DNA of 64,000 bases, from contig CM060731.1 in the NCBI GenBank assembly GCA_030704615.1, forward strand, positions 34,348,001 through 34,412,000, read 5' to 3'. Shown here piece after piece: positions 62,461-64,000 of the stretch; position 1 is the stretch's first letter; each line of letters starts with the position of its first letter. This DNA comes from Takakia lepidozioides (taxonomy: Eukaryota > Plantae > Bryophyta). Both the position numbers and the translations under genes were made by a program. The notes under the pieces are model-generated. The model made no database searches. It saw only the letters and a program-made list of their open reading frames with translations, and was not told where the DNA came from.

Positions 62461-64000
62461 CATGCTCAGATGAAAGCGTCTCCTTACAGCAACTCACTAA
62501 GTACTTGTTCTTATCCAGGAAAGCCCGGGTCAGATCATATATCTAGTGCAAATCTCATCAATGTGGACTTTTAGTGCACTTGAGAAAACACTGCACGTTG
62601 TAGCTGCTTGCCTAATGATGCATGTACAGTGCATACATGTCGGATTCACATGTACATATACATTTGAACTTCTAAAAAACAGAAGTTCTAGGCACTGTAA
62701 AGTCTCTGTTAAGTCTAAATTTGAGCTGATCAATAGAAGAAGTCATCCACATTTAATTGTTCCCGTAAATCTGCCTGCATTTGGAGATGTATGAATTCAT
62801 GACCACATCACTTGGTGCTGGCTTTTGCAACTGATCTCGAGTGACCTGAATGTTGGGGTTATTCCTCAATCAATGCACAGGATTCATGTGCTCAGGAGCT
62901 GCCTTAACAGCGAGCAGACTTCCTTTGAAACTTCCCGAATTATGTTTGACATCTGCACCTCCACTGAGCATGGAGTATGTGATTGACTACAGGTATGAAT
63001 TCCTTTCAGATTTGTAGTACTTATTGAGTCTTCCAGTGTAGCACTAGTGCAAGCACTTCACTTGGCCAATTTGCAAAGGATAACTGGCATGTGCCGGGCC
63101 TGCCTCCAAAGTGAGGGACGCGTTTTCTAAGTTACGTTCGGGGCCGGGCTTGCATCTTGAATTCCTAAGTGTTTCACAACGATTCATGATTGAGTTTTGA
63201 AGTAAAACTCTACCAGGCGGGGTCCCCCATATATACACACACAGTAAGTTGAGGATCGACCACGTGTGCACCTGCACTTTTGGAGTGACCGTCGTCAATG
63301 GAAGCAGCCGAAAAGATCTGACTCAGTTGTCTGGCCACAGTATTTAGTATATAAGCTAATCGAGTAGACCTTCTCCTCACAATTTACAGTCAACGAGGCG
63401 ACCCCTCTAGAGGTCAATTCGGGGGGCATTTCCTTGTTGGATTGGGCAACTGGGGACTTCCCAAGACTCTCTGCGGCACAGACAATGGCCGACCCTACAT
63501 AGACCTGTACATACGAAGTCGTATAGAAGTCAAGATTTATGTGAGATCTCATCCTGTACACTCCTGTTGCAACTTCAGGTGGAATGCAAGATGTAGAGGC
63601 TGTGCACGTCCGGATTTCTTGCATGCGCAATTCTAGCTGCTGCGGTTTCGGATCAATATTGAAGGGGGCAGTGGCAATATTCATGTAACCGTTTTACCTA
63701 GGTACTAAGAATTAAAATTGCAGACGACACCTGGAAAAGCCATTACTGTGCATGATATGTATGTGAATCTATCTTCAAAACAGCTACAAAATAGTTGATG
63801 ATCACTGTGTTGAACCTTATGTTAGTTCTTAGTGACTGAAGGCCCAATTGATGATCTACATAATTCAGTCTGCTCCTAAGAATCCATGAGTAGTTTGGTG
63901 ATTGTTTTTAAAAGCAGTGCATACATGTAGTCGACCTCCACCTTACTTGCCCTTTCTAGACCCGAGCAGAGTCGGAGAAAGGCAGGGTTCGATCAAAAGA

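Noticed and set aside
63044-63684. Minus-strand ORFs of 129 and 84 aa
   Set aside because: No recognisable motif or exon structure; cannot be supported from sequence alone.

Overview
Eukaryotic land-plant DNA. A non-seed plant is likely (inference from a Tcn1-like chromovirus, an RTE-X-like LINE and PLS-type PPR fragments). Positions 1 to about 45.3 kb form one nest of transposable elements. An L1-type LINE is split by a complete 14.2-kb CACTA/EnSpm element (28592-42826, TAT TSD) and is abutted, probably interrupted, by a Tcn1-like Ty3/gypsy element (11864-25279). That gypsy element carries a second CACTA in its 5' LTR (<1-11863) and a full-length Galadriel-like chromovirus in its gag (12927-19951, GTTCA TSD). 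Downstream are an intact 14-exon LPEAT2-type acyltransferase with EF-hands (45849-54026), a decayed MULE/SWIM-family fragment, small foldback elements and an intronless class-3 lipase ORF. Main observation: the two CACTA elements have different TIRs and divergent proteins but the same unusual design. The DDE transposase (TnpD) is transcribed head-to-head with a TnpA-like gene carrying an FCP1/SCP (NIF) HAD-phosphatase domain (DLNG motif) between a P/G/Y/Q-rich region plus Transposase_24-like core and a Tnp1-like C-terminal domain. This suggests a CACTA lineage with its own phosphatase-like effector. Other notable points: a Tf1-style self-priming PBS and a -1 frameshift stem in the Tcn1-like element, and Pack-CACTA cargo made of intron-containing RPS3a and OSB pieces plus PPR pieces. 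All family assignments come from motif recognition by eye; no searches were run.
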